A stretch of 64,000 nt of DNA from an uncultured virus (IMG/VR IMGVR_UViG_3300005460_000001) (IMGVR_UViG_3300005460_000001:1-64000), one strand, 5' to 3'. Positions 9,559 through 18,869 are shown, counted from the stretch's first letter. Numbers and translations are program-made. The notes: generated by a model not told the origin, from the letters alone.

Positions 9559-10764
9559 ATGCTTAACAAAAAACAAGAATTGGTAGTAAAGAATGGTATT
9601 GATCATATAAGGCATAACAAAGTTCAAGTATATGAATATACTGGTTATGCTGGAACTGGTAAAACGTATGTTCTTCATAAAATAATAGAAGGTGTCGGAA
9701 TTCCATTATCAAGAATAGCTGCTATGGCATATATTGGGCAAGCCGCTATAGTTATGAGAGTTAATGGATTATGGAATGCTAGAACTATTCATTCTTGGAC
9801 TATGGAGTTGGTAGATGAGATAGTTGTAGATGAGCATGGCAATCCTATTATAGATAAGGTATATAATAAACCTAAAAAAGAATTAGTGTTTAGACCTCGT
9901 CCAATAGAGTATTTTAGAGATATTGACTATATCATAATAGATGAAGCATATACTGTTCCTATAGAGATGAAACAATATATAGAGAGATTGGGAAAGCCTA
10001 TTATAGCATGTGGGGACTGGGGGCAGCTCCCTCCAGTAAAATCTACACCGGCATATTTAACCGATAGAAATATAGATTGTTTAGATGAATTGGTTAGACA
10101 AGATGCTAATGGAGGAATAGCCTATGTGTCTTATTTAGTTAGAAATGGAATCCCGTTGAGCCCAGGATATTATGGAAACGTACTTGTTATTGAAGAAAAA
10201 GATCTTACTCTGGATATGATTAAAGGTTCTCAAATATTAATATGTGGAAAAAATAAGACCAGGGACTTATATAATAATAAAATACGTGAAGAAATATTAC
10301 ATGCTAAAACTAGACTTCCTGGGATTAATGAGAAGCTTATATGCCGAAAAAATAACTGGTCTATAGAAAAGAATGGTATTAGTCTAGCTAATGGACTTAT
10401 TGGAAGGGTATCTACACCTACTGATATAACCAGATATGATGGGAGAACCTTTACTATAGATTTTACCACAGATTTGTTAGATATAAAATTTCTAAATATT
10501 GTATGCGATTATAAGTATTTTATAGCTAATCATGAGGAAAGGCAATGGTTAAAAAATAGTAAATATTCTACCGGTGAAAAGATGGAATATGCTTATGCTA
10601 TAACCACGCATTTATCACAAGGGGCTCAATACAATAATGGGATTTATGTACAAGAGTATTTAAATCCTAGTATTCAAGATAATTTAAATTATGTTGGGGC
10701 TTCTAGATTTAAAAATTTTCTCATATATGTGATTCCTAATATGGTTAATCGTTTCTTTTTCTGA
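9559..10764 (+). CDS. RecD/Dda-like SF1B DNA helicase
   Basis: GYAGTGKT, IIIDEA, GDWGQLPPV, LVRQ and YAITTHLSQG motifs. Confidence 0.9.
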   Translation: MLNKKQELVVKNGIDHIRHNKVQVYEYTGYAGTGKTYVLHKIIEGVGIPLSRIAAMAYIGQAAIVMRVNGLWNARTIHSWTMELVDEIVVDEHGNPIIDKVYNKPKKELVFRPRPIEYFRDIDYIIIDEAYTVPIEMKQYIERLGKPIIACGDWGQLPPVKSTPAYLTDRNIDCLDELVRQDANGGIAYVSYLVRNGIPLSPGYYGNVLVIEEKDLTLDMIKGSQILICGKNKTRDLYNNKIREEILHAKTRLPGINEKLICRKNNWSIEKNGISLANGLIGRVSTPTDITRYDGRTFTIDFTTDLLDIKFLNIVCDYKYFIANHEERQWLKNSKYSTGEKMEYAYAITTHLSQGAQYNNGIYVQEYLNPSIQDNLNYVGASRFKNFLIYVIPNMVNRFFF

Positions 10765-10849
10765 TATACTTTTATATATACCGTAACTTTCATAATAAGA
10801 ATATATTATTTATATGAATGAAAGATAAACTACTAAGGAGGATTATTTT

Positions 10850-11293
10850 ATGAGTAATCAAGAAACAGAAAAGAAATTAATAAAGGGGATGGAGTATATA
10901 CCAGAAGGGGAAGATATTTCTGAAAAAGATTTATATACTCCCGGCATGGTGTACGAAGAAGAGAATAAGGATGAGAAAACTTATTTGGTACTTTTAGTAG
11001 GAGAGAACAGAGACGACGGTTCTACGGAATTTAAGGATTGGAACTTCGTAGTTGGAAGACAGGAAGTGTATGACTATATTAAGAGTTTTATAGAGAATGA
11101 ATATGTCTTTATAGACGTCCATAAGTCGTATATTATCTCTAACTCTTCTACTGTTACTATAGATAAGAAGATATCTATATTTAAATTTATGGTAACGATG
11201 AAAGAAAACGATGCTGTAAAAGACGATACTTCTTTTGATATCCATGAGTACGCTTATGAGGATGAAGAGGAGAACGAGGATGGGAAACAATAG
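10850..11293 (+). CDS. hypothetical acidic protein carrying two GMxY motifs
   Basis: 147-aa ORF, AAGGAGG RBS. Confidence 0.8.
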   Translation: MSNQETEKKLIKGMEYIPEGEDISEKDLYTPGMVYEEENKDEKTYLVLLVGENRDDGSTEFKDWNFVVGRQEVYDYIKSFIENEYVFIDVHKSYIISNSSTVTIDKKISIFKFMVTMKENDAVKDDTSFDIHEYAYEDEEENEDGKQ

Positions 11294-11786
11294 CGAATGG
11301 AAGAAACACAAGCCTGCTAAAAATAAGTATCAAAAACAAGCTGAAAACAGAATGAAAAACAGCTATTTTACAAAGCAATATAATGCATACGGAGAAAACT
11401 TTACTAACTTTAAGACCTCTAGAGATTTAGAATACGAGTCAGGAAAAATATTCAGAGATTTAGCTGGAGGTCTTATAGATTTAGAAAAGCACGGAAAGGC
11501 TTTTGAAGATCCAGAATTTGTTGGGGTATTAGTGAATATCGCGTATAAGAAGTTAATCTATCACGATGCAACGCGTATAGGATTAGAAACTTATATATGT
11601 AGTGCGCAAGCTAATAATATTCAACTCGATAATTACATGTATCAAGTGCATTCTGACCATAAAAGATCTACAGAGGCATATAATATGCTGTATACGGCTT
11701 TGTTAAACATTCAGTTAAACCATGACTATATGGCAATATTGCCAACACTCATGCCTATGCTTAACGGGTATAGAGATGCACTCTAA
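11280..11786 (+). CDS. hypothetical protein
   Basis: ORF 11235..11786; likely start at ATG 11280 after GAGGAG. Confidence 0.75.
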   Translation: MGNNSEWKKHKPAKNKYQKQAENRMKNSYFTKQYNAYGENFTNFKTSRDLEYESGKIFRDLAGGLIDLEKHGKAFEDPEFVGVLVNIAYKKLIYHDATRIGLETYICSAQANNIQLDNYMYQVHSDHKRSTEAYNMLYTALLNIQLNHDYMAILPTLMPMLNGYRDAL

Positions 11787-11806
11787 AGAAAGGAGACTAA
11801 ATTTAT

Positions 11807-12283
11807 ATGGATGATACTTCATTAATAAAGGAGTTTATCACAACTCATAGGAGTAAAGGACATGTGGTTAAGATAAGATGCGATAATGAGCATATATTCT
11901 ATGACAATGCTGATCCCAAACATAATGCCCCTATAGTATGGGATTGGAATAAAGAATGCTTTTATGCACTAAGACACAATCAGGAGCTTATGGGTAGTCA
12001 AGTAAGCACTCCGTTTAGTATCACGTTAGTAGATTTTCATCAGATTCAGGATATGCAAGCGTATGTTCCTATACCAGAAGTTATGGAATTCATACAAGAA
12101 AAATATACTGATGAAAAAGAGAAAAAGGCAGTAACTGAGTTCATGCAAAGAGCTGGATATTCTACGGCATGGCTTGGTAAAGAAAGAAGTTCAATTCCGT
12201 CCAATAATATCGGTAATAAAGGAAATATTAGAACTGAACATCATCTTTCATATGATTCTATGGAAGACGACAGTAAAAAATAA
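11807..12283 (+). CDS. hypothetical protein
   Basis: 158-aa ORF, AAGGAG RBS. Confidence 0.8.
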   Translation: MDDTSLIKEFITTHRSKGHVVKIRCDNEHIFYDNADPKHNAPIVWDWNKECFYALRHNQELMGSQVSTPFSITLVDFHQIQDMQAYVPIPEVMEFIQEKYTDEKEKKAVTEFMQRAGYSTAWLGKERSSIPSNNIGNKGNIRTEHHLSYDSMEDDSKK

Positions 12284-12377
12284 TCATAAAAAATCAAAAA
12301 GCAAACACACGAGTAATTGCATATTATAAGTGTGATGCATTAAAGAAATATATTTCTACACAGGAGGTAAAATCATC

Positions 12378-13148
12378 ATGATGAACAATTTCTTTGGACA
12401 AACTGGTTTTCCGAACTCAGGGTATGCGTATCAATTCACGAATCCCGCAATGAAGAAGCCAGTAGGTACGAACCCTTTGACTGATGAGGATGTAAAATTC
12501 TTGGCGCAGAAAGCGCCTTCATTTTCATTATCAGTTTCGAGGGAAGAATCTTTGCAGGCAATCTGCACACACCGGGTTGGTGGAGAAGATAGGCTCCGCC
12601 AGAACCAGGACGGGTCTTATACCTGTATGATTTGCGGAGCTACATTCCGTATGGCTGATCTGAGCCAGGATGCTGTCAATACTACTGTCGATGGGGTAGT
12701 CGACCTTCTTGAGACAACAAAGGTAATGTATAGAGACATTCCTGATGCAGTTTGTAAAGCATTCTTCCAGATGATACCATTCCTTAAGAAAACAAAGCAG
12801 ATGTATAAGATCGCGAATGACCACTTCGGACAGTATGGTGCGGCTATCAATAGCAACCAGTTCGGAGGAGGAAATGCGGCAGTATTATTGGCCGGTCTTA
12901 TGGGCGGTGGATTTGGAGGATACACACAGCCCGGTGCAGCTAGTTATGGAGGATGGCCAGGTGCCATGAATATGGGTCAAACAATGGACCCAGCGCAGCA
13001 GGCTCAGGCCCAGGCAGCGCAAGGACAGGCAGCACAGCCGAATGCAAACAATGTAAACTTCTTTGACGCAGAGTCACCAATTGCAGGGTCAGCAGCGCCT
13101 AATGCATCCGCTTCTGATGTTGTAGACAATAAGCAGTATACTCTGTAA
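12378..13148 (+). CDS. Zn-binding protein with G/Q/N/A-rich low-complexity C-terminus
   Basis: CTH...CMIC putative Zn site; GC-richer codon usage; AGGAGGT RBS; terminator downstream. Confidence 0.8.
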   Translation: MMNNFFGQTGFPNSGYAYQFTNPAMKKPVGTNPLTDEDVKFLAQKAPSFSLSVSREESLQAICTHRVGGEDRLRQNQDGSYTCMICGATFRMADLSQDAVNTTVDGVVDLLETTKVMYRDIPDAVCKAFFQMIPFLKKTKQMYKIANDHFGQYGAAINSNQFGGGNAAVLLAGLMGGGFGGYTQPGAASYGGWPGAMNMGQTMDPAQQAQAQAAQGQAAQPNANNVNFFDAESPIAGSAAPNASASDVVDNKQYTL

Positions 13149-13206
13149 AATTATTGGGTTAGGGTGGTTTCACTCTAACCCATTTTATTTTTTAAGGAGA
13201 AAGGTT

Positions 13207-13470
13207 ATGCAATATAAAACTGTTCCTAAAATAGTAGAGGCTCTTGAATTTCTTCCTACTCCTAAAGTAGTAAATGATTTAGTACAATTTACAGGCGGAT
13301 TATTTTCTCCAATTGGCTCATCAAAAAAATATATCGGTGGGCATCTAAGGAATCCTAATAACAATACAATTGCTCATGTAAAGGTTGGGGATTTCATTAT
13401 CAGGCATTCTGATGGTACATTTACTGCTATGGGAAGGAAAGAATTTAAGATTAGCTACGAACCAAAATAA
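13207..13470 (+). CDS. small phage protein (PGDYG-like)
   Basis: VEALEF...VGDFIIR..DG.F....F...YE pattern. Confidence 0.65.
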   Translation: MQYKTVPKIVEALEFLPTPKVVNDLVQFTGGLFSPIGSSKKYIGGHLRNPNNNTIAHVKVGDFIIRHSDGTFTAMGRKEFKISYEPK

Positions 13471-13502
13471 AATAATGATGCGTCATGGTTTGATAATATA
13501 AT

Positions 13503-14159
13503 ATGCAAAGGAGAATAGATATGATTATATCAGATATGTGGTCTTATATAACAGACAATAATAATTATATAAATAGAAAAGGGAGATTAACGTCCATATG
13601 TCCAAAGTGTAAAAATCTTTATACTGTCGATTTGCAGCTGGATATGACTTGTGAAATGGAAGAGTTCCAAGAGGGATATCGTCTGAAGGAGAATCCTGAG
13701 ATTGTTAAAGTGTGCGATTGTTCGGAAAGTGGAACAATTACATCTAGGGTGGATAATCTTATGGGAACAATTGTAAAAACTCTTCTTGAAAAGGGATATC
13801 ACGTTAGATTTGATAAAATATGCGAAGGCCATGTATATCAAAAAGGTACTGAAGTATTATGCAAAACTCATCCTGTTATCCATATCATGGAAAATTTGTT
13901 ATTACATCCAGATTATCCGAATAAGAATAAGGATGTCATCGCAGTTGGTTGCTATAATGGTTCTACCATAATGCCGGCTAATCATTGTTCAGTGGATAAG
14001 TTCACCGTAGAACAATATGAAAGAATCAAACCACTGTGGTTAAGATCTATGGAGGACTATGTAAATGAAATGCCGTTAGCTGTAGAAGTTAGACACAATG
14101 CACCAAATAAGAATAAATTACCTGGACTGTTTTGTAAAGAGTGCGGTATGATTGTGTAA
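13503..14159 (+). CDS. hypothetical Cys-rich (Zn-ribbon) protein
   Basis: CPKC, CDC and CKEC motifs. Confidence 0.7.
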   Translation: MQRRIDMIISDMWSYITDNNNYINRKGRLTSICPKCKNLYTVDLQLDMTCEMEEFQEGYRLKENPEIVKVCDCSESGTITSRVDNLMGTIVKTLLEKGYHVRFDKICEGHVYQKGTEVLCKTHPVIHIMENLLLHPDYPNKNKDVIAVGCYNGSTIMPANHCSVDKFTVEQYERIKPLWLRSMEDYVNEMPLAVEVRHNAPNKNKLPGLFCKECGMIV

Positions 14160-14204
14160 CTAACTTTTATATATAATAATATTGAAAGTCGAGGAGCACC
14201 AAAA

Positions 14205-16571
14205 ATGCCTAAAGAATTAACTGAAGAACAAATTCAAGCCATACAAAACTATGGAGATGAATTAATAACTATTGAAAACTTCGTTAAAGTAGTGCAAAAA
14301 CGTCCTGGTATGTATCTTGGGTCTATTGGTAATAGTGGATTTATGGATATGGTGAGAGAGGTTTTTGATAACGGATATGATGAACTTAATAGAATTAAAT
14401 CTCCATGCGATTGTGTGATTGTTTCTATAGATGAAAGAAATTATACTATTATAGTTGAAGATAACGGAAGAGGTATACCATTCGGTGAGATGATAAGAGT
14501 ATTTACCGAGCAGCATACCTCATCAAATTTCGAGAAAGAAAGAAATAGCGGAGATTATTCTTCTGGTCTACATGGAGTAGGAGCAAAGGTAACAAATGCT
14601 ATGTCTACAAAGTTTATTGTAGAATCATATAATGTGATATTAGGAGAAGGCCGTTTAGTAGAATTTAACAACGGAATCCCATGGGATAAGGGAGAGGTAA
14701 AAATTCCTAATAAAGAAGGGAAGCAGGGGACTAAGGTTACCTTCACTCCAAACGTTGATTTACTTGGAGAAATTACTGTATCATGGGTTGACATATTAAA
14801 TATGATTCGAGACCATATGCCATTATCTAAAATAGGCTCTAAAGCTGTTGTAAATGCTATAGACATAAATGGTAAATCTCATAGAGAAGTCATTGTTAAC
14901 GAAGATGGTATATTGGAGTTACTTATCAATATGACCAGTACTCCTCTCGTTTATCCTGTGAAATTGTTTAAAGACACAGGTGAAATGAAAATGGATATAG
15001 TATTCACTTATAGCATTGAAGAGGAGTCGGATGCTAATGTGGTTTCTTTTGCCAATATGTGTCCTACCATATCTGGATACCATATAGATGGATTTTTAGA
15101 TGGAATATCTAAGTTCTTTTGTGACTATATGAATAAGATTTACCTTTCTAATGGGCCAGATAAAAAGAAGAAAAAGAAAAAAGAGATAAGAGTAACTCCT
15201 ACTGATGTAAAAGTAGGGTTAAAGGCTGTGGTAAACGTAGCCCATATTGAACCAATTTTTAACGGTCAAGCTAAAAAGATTTTTGCATCCGAAGATATGT
15301 ATCCATTTATGAAAGCAGAAATCCAAACTCAGTTAGAAGAGTGGGCAAAGTCTAACCCCAAAGATTTCAGTAAAATTTGTAAATATCTTAAAGATATTGC
15401 TGAACTAAGAATGAAGCAAGATAAGGAAAAGGTTAATCTTAATAAAAAATATAATTCTAATGCCCTTACTGGGCTTCCTAGTAAGTATGTTGCCCCATTA
15501 GATAAGAAGGGGGATTTAGAATTATGGATTACTGAAGGGGATTCCGCTGGAGGGACTTTAGAAAACAATCGAGATAATCACACTCAAGGATATTTCCCAA
15601 TACGTGGTAAATTGCCTAATGCATTCTTTACTCAAAAAGATAAGTTTCTTAGTAATGCTGAGGTTGCTGGAATTATCAATATTATCGGTGGAGGATATGG
15701 GCGTTCATTTGATATAACAAAAGTAAAATTTTTAAAGATTGTTATAAACAGTGATGCAGATGCAGATGGAGATCATATCTGTTGTTTATTATTGTCATTC
15801 TTTATATTGTATATGCCTGGTTTGGTAGAGTCTGGAAGGGTATATCGTGCTGTTCCACCATTATACGGAATTACAATAAAGTCTAAGAATATATACTTCA
15901 CTCGAAAGATAGACTACATTAAATATGTACAAAAGCTATTCATAAAGGATAACGATATTAAGTACGGAGATGGAAAAACTATATCCCAAACTGACCTTAC
16001 AAAGTTATTATACTCGAATATAGATTATGTATACGAGATAGAAAGGATATCAAATCGATATGCAGTTTCCCCAGAGTTACTTGAAACAGTTCTGATGTTG
16101 CATTTAGCTAAGGCCGATTACAACAAGATGAAGAGAGATATAGAGAAAAAATATAGATTTCTTAAAATAACTAATCAGAACGGCGTGCCAATGATTACCG
16201 GTTCCTTAGATTTAGCTATTCAGACATTATTCGTGACTGATGTGTTAATAAAGGATTGCTCAAGGATTATAAATATTCTTGTAAGCAATGCTAATGTGTC
16301 CTTTATGGTTAACAATAACAAAGTATTGTTGTATGGATTAATGAAAGGATTTGATGAATCTAGTCCTAAAAATTTAAGAAGGTTTAAAGGACTTGGAGAG
16401 ATGGATGGTCCATCATTATACGAATCTACAGTTAATAAGAATACGCGTACGCTCATTCAGTTTACCACAGAAAATATTAAAGATACCATTGAGAGCATCA
16501 GGTACTACGAGAATAATAAAGATAAGCTTCTTGAGGGTATAACAGTATCTAGATTTGATGTAATAGGATAA
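14205..16571 (+). CDS. gyrB: type IIA topoisomerase (gyrase) subunit B
   Basis: RPGMYLG, EVFDN, DNGRGIP and GLHGVG (GHKL ATPase); TEGDSAG, PIRGK and DADADGDHI (TOPRIM); RFKGLGEM. Confidence 0.95.
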   Translation: MPKELTEEQIQAIQNYGDELITIENFVKVVQKRPGMYLGSIGNSGFMDMVREVFDNGYDELNRIKSPCDCVIVSIDERNYTIIVEDNGRGIPFGEMIRVFTEQHTSSNFEKERNSGDYSSGLHGVGAKVTNAMSTKFIVESYNVILGEGRLVEFNNGIPWDKGEVKIPNKEGKQGTKVTFTPNVDLLGEITVSWVDILNMIRDHMPLSKIGSKAVVNAIDINGKSHREVIVNEDGILELLINMTSTPLVYPVKLFKDTGEMKMDIVFTYSIEEESDANVVSFANMCPTISGYHIDGFLDGISKFFCDYMNKIYLSNGPDKKKKKKKEIRVTPTDVKVGLKAVVNVAHIEPIFNGQAKKIFASEDMYPFMKAEIQTQLEEWAKSNPKDFSKICKYLKDIAELRMKQDKEKVNLNKKYNSNALTGLPSKYVAPLDKKGDLELWITEGDSAGGTLENNRDNHTQGYFPIRGKLPNAFFTQKDKFLSNAEVAGIINIIGGGYGRSFDITKVKFLKIVINSDADADGDHICCLLLSFFILYMPGLVESGRVYRAVPPLYGITIKSKNIYFTRKIDYIKYVQKLFIKDNDIKYGDGKTISQTDLTKLLYSNIDYVYEIERISNRYAVSPELLETVLMLHLAKADYNKMKRDIEKKYRFLKITNQNGVPMITGSLDLAIQTLFVTDVLIKDCSRIINILVSNANVSFMVNNNKVLLYGLMKGFDESSPKNLRRFKGLGEMDGPSLYESTVNKNTRTLIQFTTENIKDTIESIRYYENNKDKLLEGITVSRFDVIG

Positions 16572-16591
16572 AGTTAATTATTCTAAAGATC

Positions 16592-16687
16592 AAATTTAAT
16601 CTCATATCTTAAAATAATCTAAATTAAAATATAATAATCTTATACGTTGAATGAATCTAGATAATAAAATCTTAATCTAAATCTATG
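16592..16687 (+). repeat. orphan, partly degenerate TIGR-like dual-repeat array (~2.5 units)
   Basis: AATCT ends at 16602, 16620, 16640, 16658 and 16678 (18/20/18/20 spacing); same repeats as the array at 18622. Confidence 0.7.
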
Positions 16688-16696
16688 ATTGTAGCG

Positions 16697-16735
16697 GGCT
16701 AGGAGAATATTCTCCTAGCCTATATTTTATTTTTT
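16697..16735 (+). terminator. intrinsic terminator after gyrB and its array
   Basis: GGCTAGGAGAATATTCTCCTAGCC palindrome followed by a T tract. Confidence 0.75.
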
Positions 16736-16827
16736 GTGAAATTGCTTATTTTTGACCATATAATATTTAAGTGAATAAGAAATTCTATATTCAATAAAAA
16801 TATTAAAATCTAAGGAGGAAACCAAAA

Positions 16828-16962
16828 ATGAAAGAAACAAAAGAAAGAAAAACAAGAAATGCAGAAGAAGAAGTTAGACAAGCAATTTTGCTGGGGGCTA
16901 TGATTTTAAACTCGGCGTCTAACGTAAAAACCTATGTTCCTGCGGTAAAGTTGGCTAAGTAA
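16828..16962 (+). CDS. small hypothetical protein (44 aa, not in the ORF track)
   Basis: AAGGAGG RBS; MKETKERKTRNAEEEVRQAILLGAMILNSASNVKTYVPAVKLAK*. Confidence 0.6.
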   Translation: MKETKERKTRNAEEEVRQAILLGAMILNSASNVKTYVPAVKLAK

Positions 16963-17029
16963 ATTAAAAACTAAATAAAGAAAAAGACATTTAAAACATA
17001 ATAAGACTAAATAAATGGAGGATTAAAAA

Positions 17030-17425
17030 ATGAAAAATGCTGTAGCAAGAATGAATCTCGTAGCAAATATCGGAACCAATTTCGGAGAGAAGAATGCTTC
17101 TCTGGTTAGGCAGATGATTAACCGTATGCAGCCGCACTTGTATGATAGATTACCGTGTGTGTATGAAGATTCGTATTATGTGTATTGTCAGAAACGATTC
17201 TTAAACAAAGTAGCCGGCAGAGGAGTAAAGATGCTGGTTGTCTATGTTGATGATATTGATTGCTTGGTATATGAAGCATTCAAAATTACAAAGAAGCTCT
17301 GCGACAGATTCAATATCAAATTGGTGGCATTTAAATGGAATGAGAAGTTGAATAGCTTTGAGAGATTCAATACTATGATAGAAGATCTTGAAACTATAAA
17401 GAGATCGAATTATAAGGTAAATTAA
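17030..17425 (+). CDS. hypothetical protein upstream of the Tas-like gene
   Basis: 131-aa ORF, GGAGG RBS. Confidence 0.8.
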   Translation: MKNAVARMNLVANIGTNFGEKNASLVRQMINRMQPHLYDRLPCVYEDSYYVYCQKRFLNKVAGRGVKMLVVYVDDIDCLVYEAFKITKKLCDRFNIKLVAFKWNEKLNSFERFNTMIEDLETIKRSNYKVN

Positions 17426-17501
17426 CAATAATGAATCTCAGGGGCTCAATCAATGAATTTGAGCCTCTTAACTTTATTTTATACAGAAAGGTTATAAAAA
17501 G

Positions 17502-18617
17502 ATGAAAAAAAATTTAAATGAAATACACGAAGTAGGAACTGCTGAATATGAGGCTACTGGATTAGCGAAGATTTCTAAATCTGTAAAGGAGTCTATGGTT
17601 TATATTACTAAAGAGCAAATTAAAGCTATGGTTGACAGGGTTTACCAAGCTCAGCACGACAGGATTGAGTTGGAAGCGCAGCTTAAGGCGATTAACCAGG
17701 GAAGAGATAAAGATTCTGATACTGTAAAGAAAGCCGAAAAGAAGAATACTATAACTGCTATGGAATGGCTCTGTCAAGATGCTGCAAACAGAGAAGCGCA
17801 GATTAAGGAAATGCTTAACGAGTATTGTAAAAGCGAGCCAGTTTGCGTTTGGGCTATGCAGATAAAAGGTATTGGGCCCGTAATAGCTTCATACCTGTGG
17901 GCACATTTAGACTTGAACAAATGCAACAGTGTCGGAGCTTTTCACTCTTATGCTGGTTTAAACGATAATAATAACCCATGGTTAGGTGTAGAAAAGGCCA
18001 CAACTCTTGTTAAAGAGGTTTATGAGGAGTTGGGATATGACAAGAAGCATGAAGCAGATGAGCGCGTGTTAGCTGCAGTTTCGGAGAAGACCACTCGTCG
18101 TCCGAACATCATATCGAATGGCATTAATGTAGCTAAAAAGTCCAACAAGAAAAAGAAACTAACGGATATGGAGGCACTGATTAAATATCTTTCTAAGCCA
18201 CCATATAATGAAGATCTGAAGACAATGTGTTGCTTTAAGATCCCTCGATTGTCGTTTGCGATGAATTGCAATCGCGGTTCTTTATATGGGGAATTATATA
18301 AAGAAAGAAAGGCATATGAAGAACGTAAAAACAAGAATTTAGAATATGCTGATCAGGCGGCTGCTGTTTTGAAGAGAAGAAAAAAATATCTCAAAAAGAA
18401 GGAAATAAAAACCCTAGAGTCTGGAATGTTGTTGGATTCACATATCACCACTCGGGCGTTAAGGAGATCAGTAAAAATCTTCTTATCTCATTTTTGGGAA
18501 TGCGCTTATCGATATGAGCACAAGTCTAATAACAGAGCTCCATTATATGTCATGGACATTGCAAAGCATAAAGACTATATAGAACCTGAAGTTCCATTCC
18601 CGGATTTTAGCAAGTAA
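17502..18617 (+). CDS. Nop/IS110(Transposase_20)-domain RNA-binding protein, TIGR-associated TasA-like (no RuvC/HNH)
   Basis: N-terminal coiled coil; WAMQIKGIGPVIASYL..LD...SVGAFHSYAGL, PYNEDLKT, YGELYKERKAYE and HITTRALRRSVKIFLSHFW; no DEDD RuvC domain; dual-repeat array starts 5 nt after the stop. Confidence 0.85.
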   Translation: MKKNLNEIHEVGTAEYEATGLAKISKSVKESMVYITKEQIKAMVDRVYQAQHDRIELEAQLKAINQGRDKDSDTVKKAEKKNTITAMEWLCQDAANREAQIKEMLNEYCKSEPVCVWAMQIKGIGPVIASYLWAHLDLNKCNSVGAFHSYAGLNDNNNPWLGVEKATTLVKEVYEELGYDKKHEADERVLAAVSEKTTRRPNIISNGINVAKKSNKKKKLTDMEALIKYLSKPPYNEDLKTMCCFKIPRLSFAMNCNRGSLYGELYKERKAYEERKNKNLEYADQAAAVLKRRKKYLKKKEIKTLESGMLLDSHITTRALRRSVKIFLSHFWECAYRYEHKSNNRAPLYVMDIAKHKDYIEPEVPFPDFSK

Positions 18618-18621
18618 CCGT

Positions 18622-18811
18622 ATTGAATCTATGTTTCAGAATTATAATCTTCGCGGGAAAATGAATCTTAGGTTCTATATAGTAATCTGTTTTCGCGTAT
18701 GAATCTGCGGCATTAAATTTTAATCTTGTTGGCAGAATGAATCTTATGTATGATATAGTAATCTGTTCTCGTGTATGAATCTGCGGCATTAAATTTTAAT
18801 CTTGTTGGCAA
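18622..18811 (+). repeat. TIGR-like dual-repeat guide-RNA array, 5 units of 38 nt
   Basis: alternating nATGAATCT (9 nt) and nATWDTAATCT (11 nt) repeats separated by variable 9-nt spacers (10 nt if n is counted as spacer). Confidence 0.88.
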
Positions 18812-18820
18812 AAGGTTTAA

Positions 18821-18869
18821 ATAAATATAGGCTGAGAATAATAAATTTCTCAGCCTATATTTATTTTTT
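18821..18869 (+). terminator. intrinsic terminator closing the tas-array transcript
   Basis: AAATATAGGCTGAGAA...TTCTCAGCCTATATTT followed by ATTTTTT. Confidence 0.75.

Noticed and set aside
11730..11747. Self-target: ATGGCAATATTGCCAACA matches 15/18 of GCGGCATTA+revcomp(TGTTGGCAA)
   Set aside because: With over a dozen guides, two orientations and 128 kb of strands, such a match is plausible by chance, and it breaks if spacers are 10 nt. It is worth rechecking only against homologues in related phages.
14301..14318. RPGMY in GyrB as a GMxY motif copy
   Set aside because: This is the universal GyrB RPGMYIG motif with different spacing, so it was not counted.
17502..18617. IS110/IS1111 transposase or insertion sequence
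   Set aside because: It has only the Transposase_20/Nop-like half. The RuvC-like DEDD domain and catalytic SG serine are missing, no IS ends are evident, and the adjacent dual-repeat array fits a Tas protein better.
18622..18811. CRISPR array
   Set aside because: Repeats are 8-11 nt of two alternating types with 9-10-nt spacers, far shorter than CRISPR units, and no cas genes are nearby.
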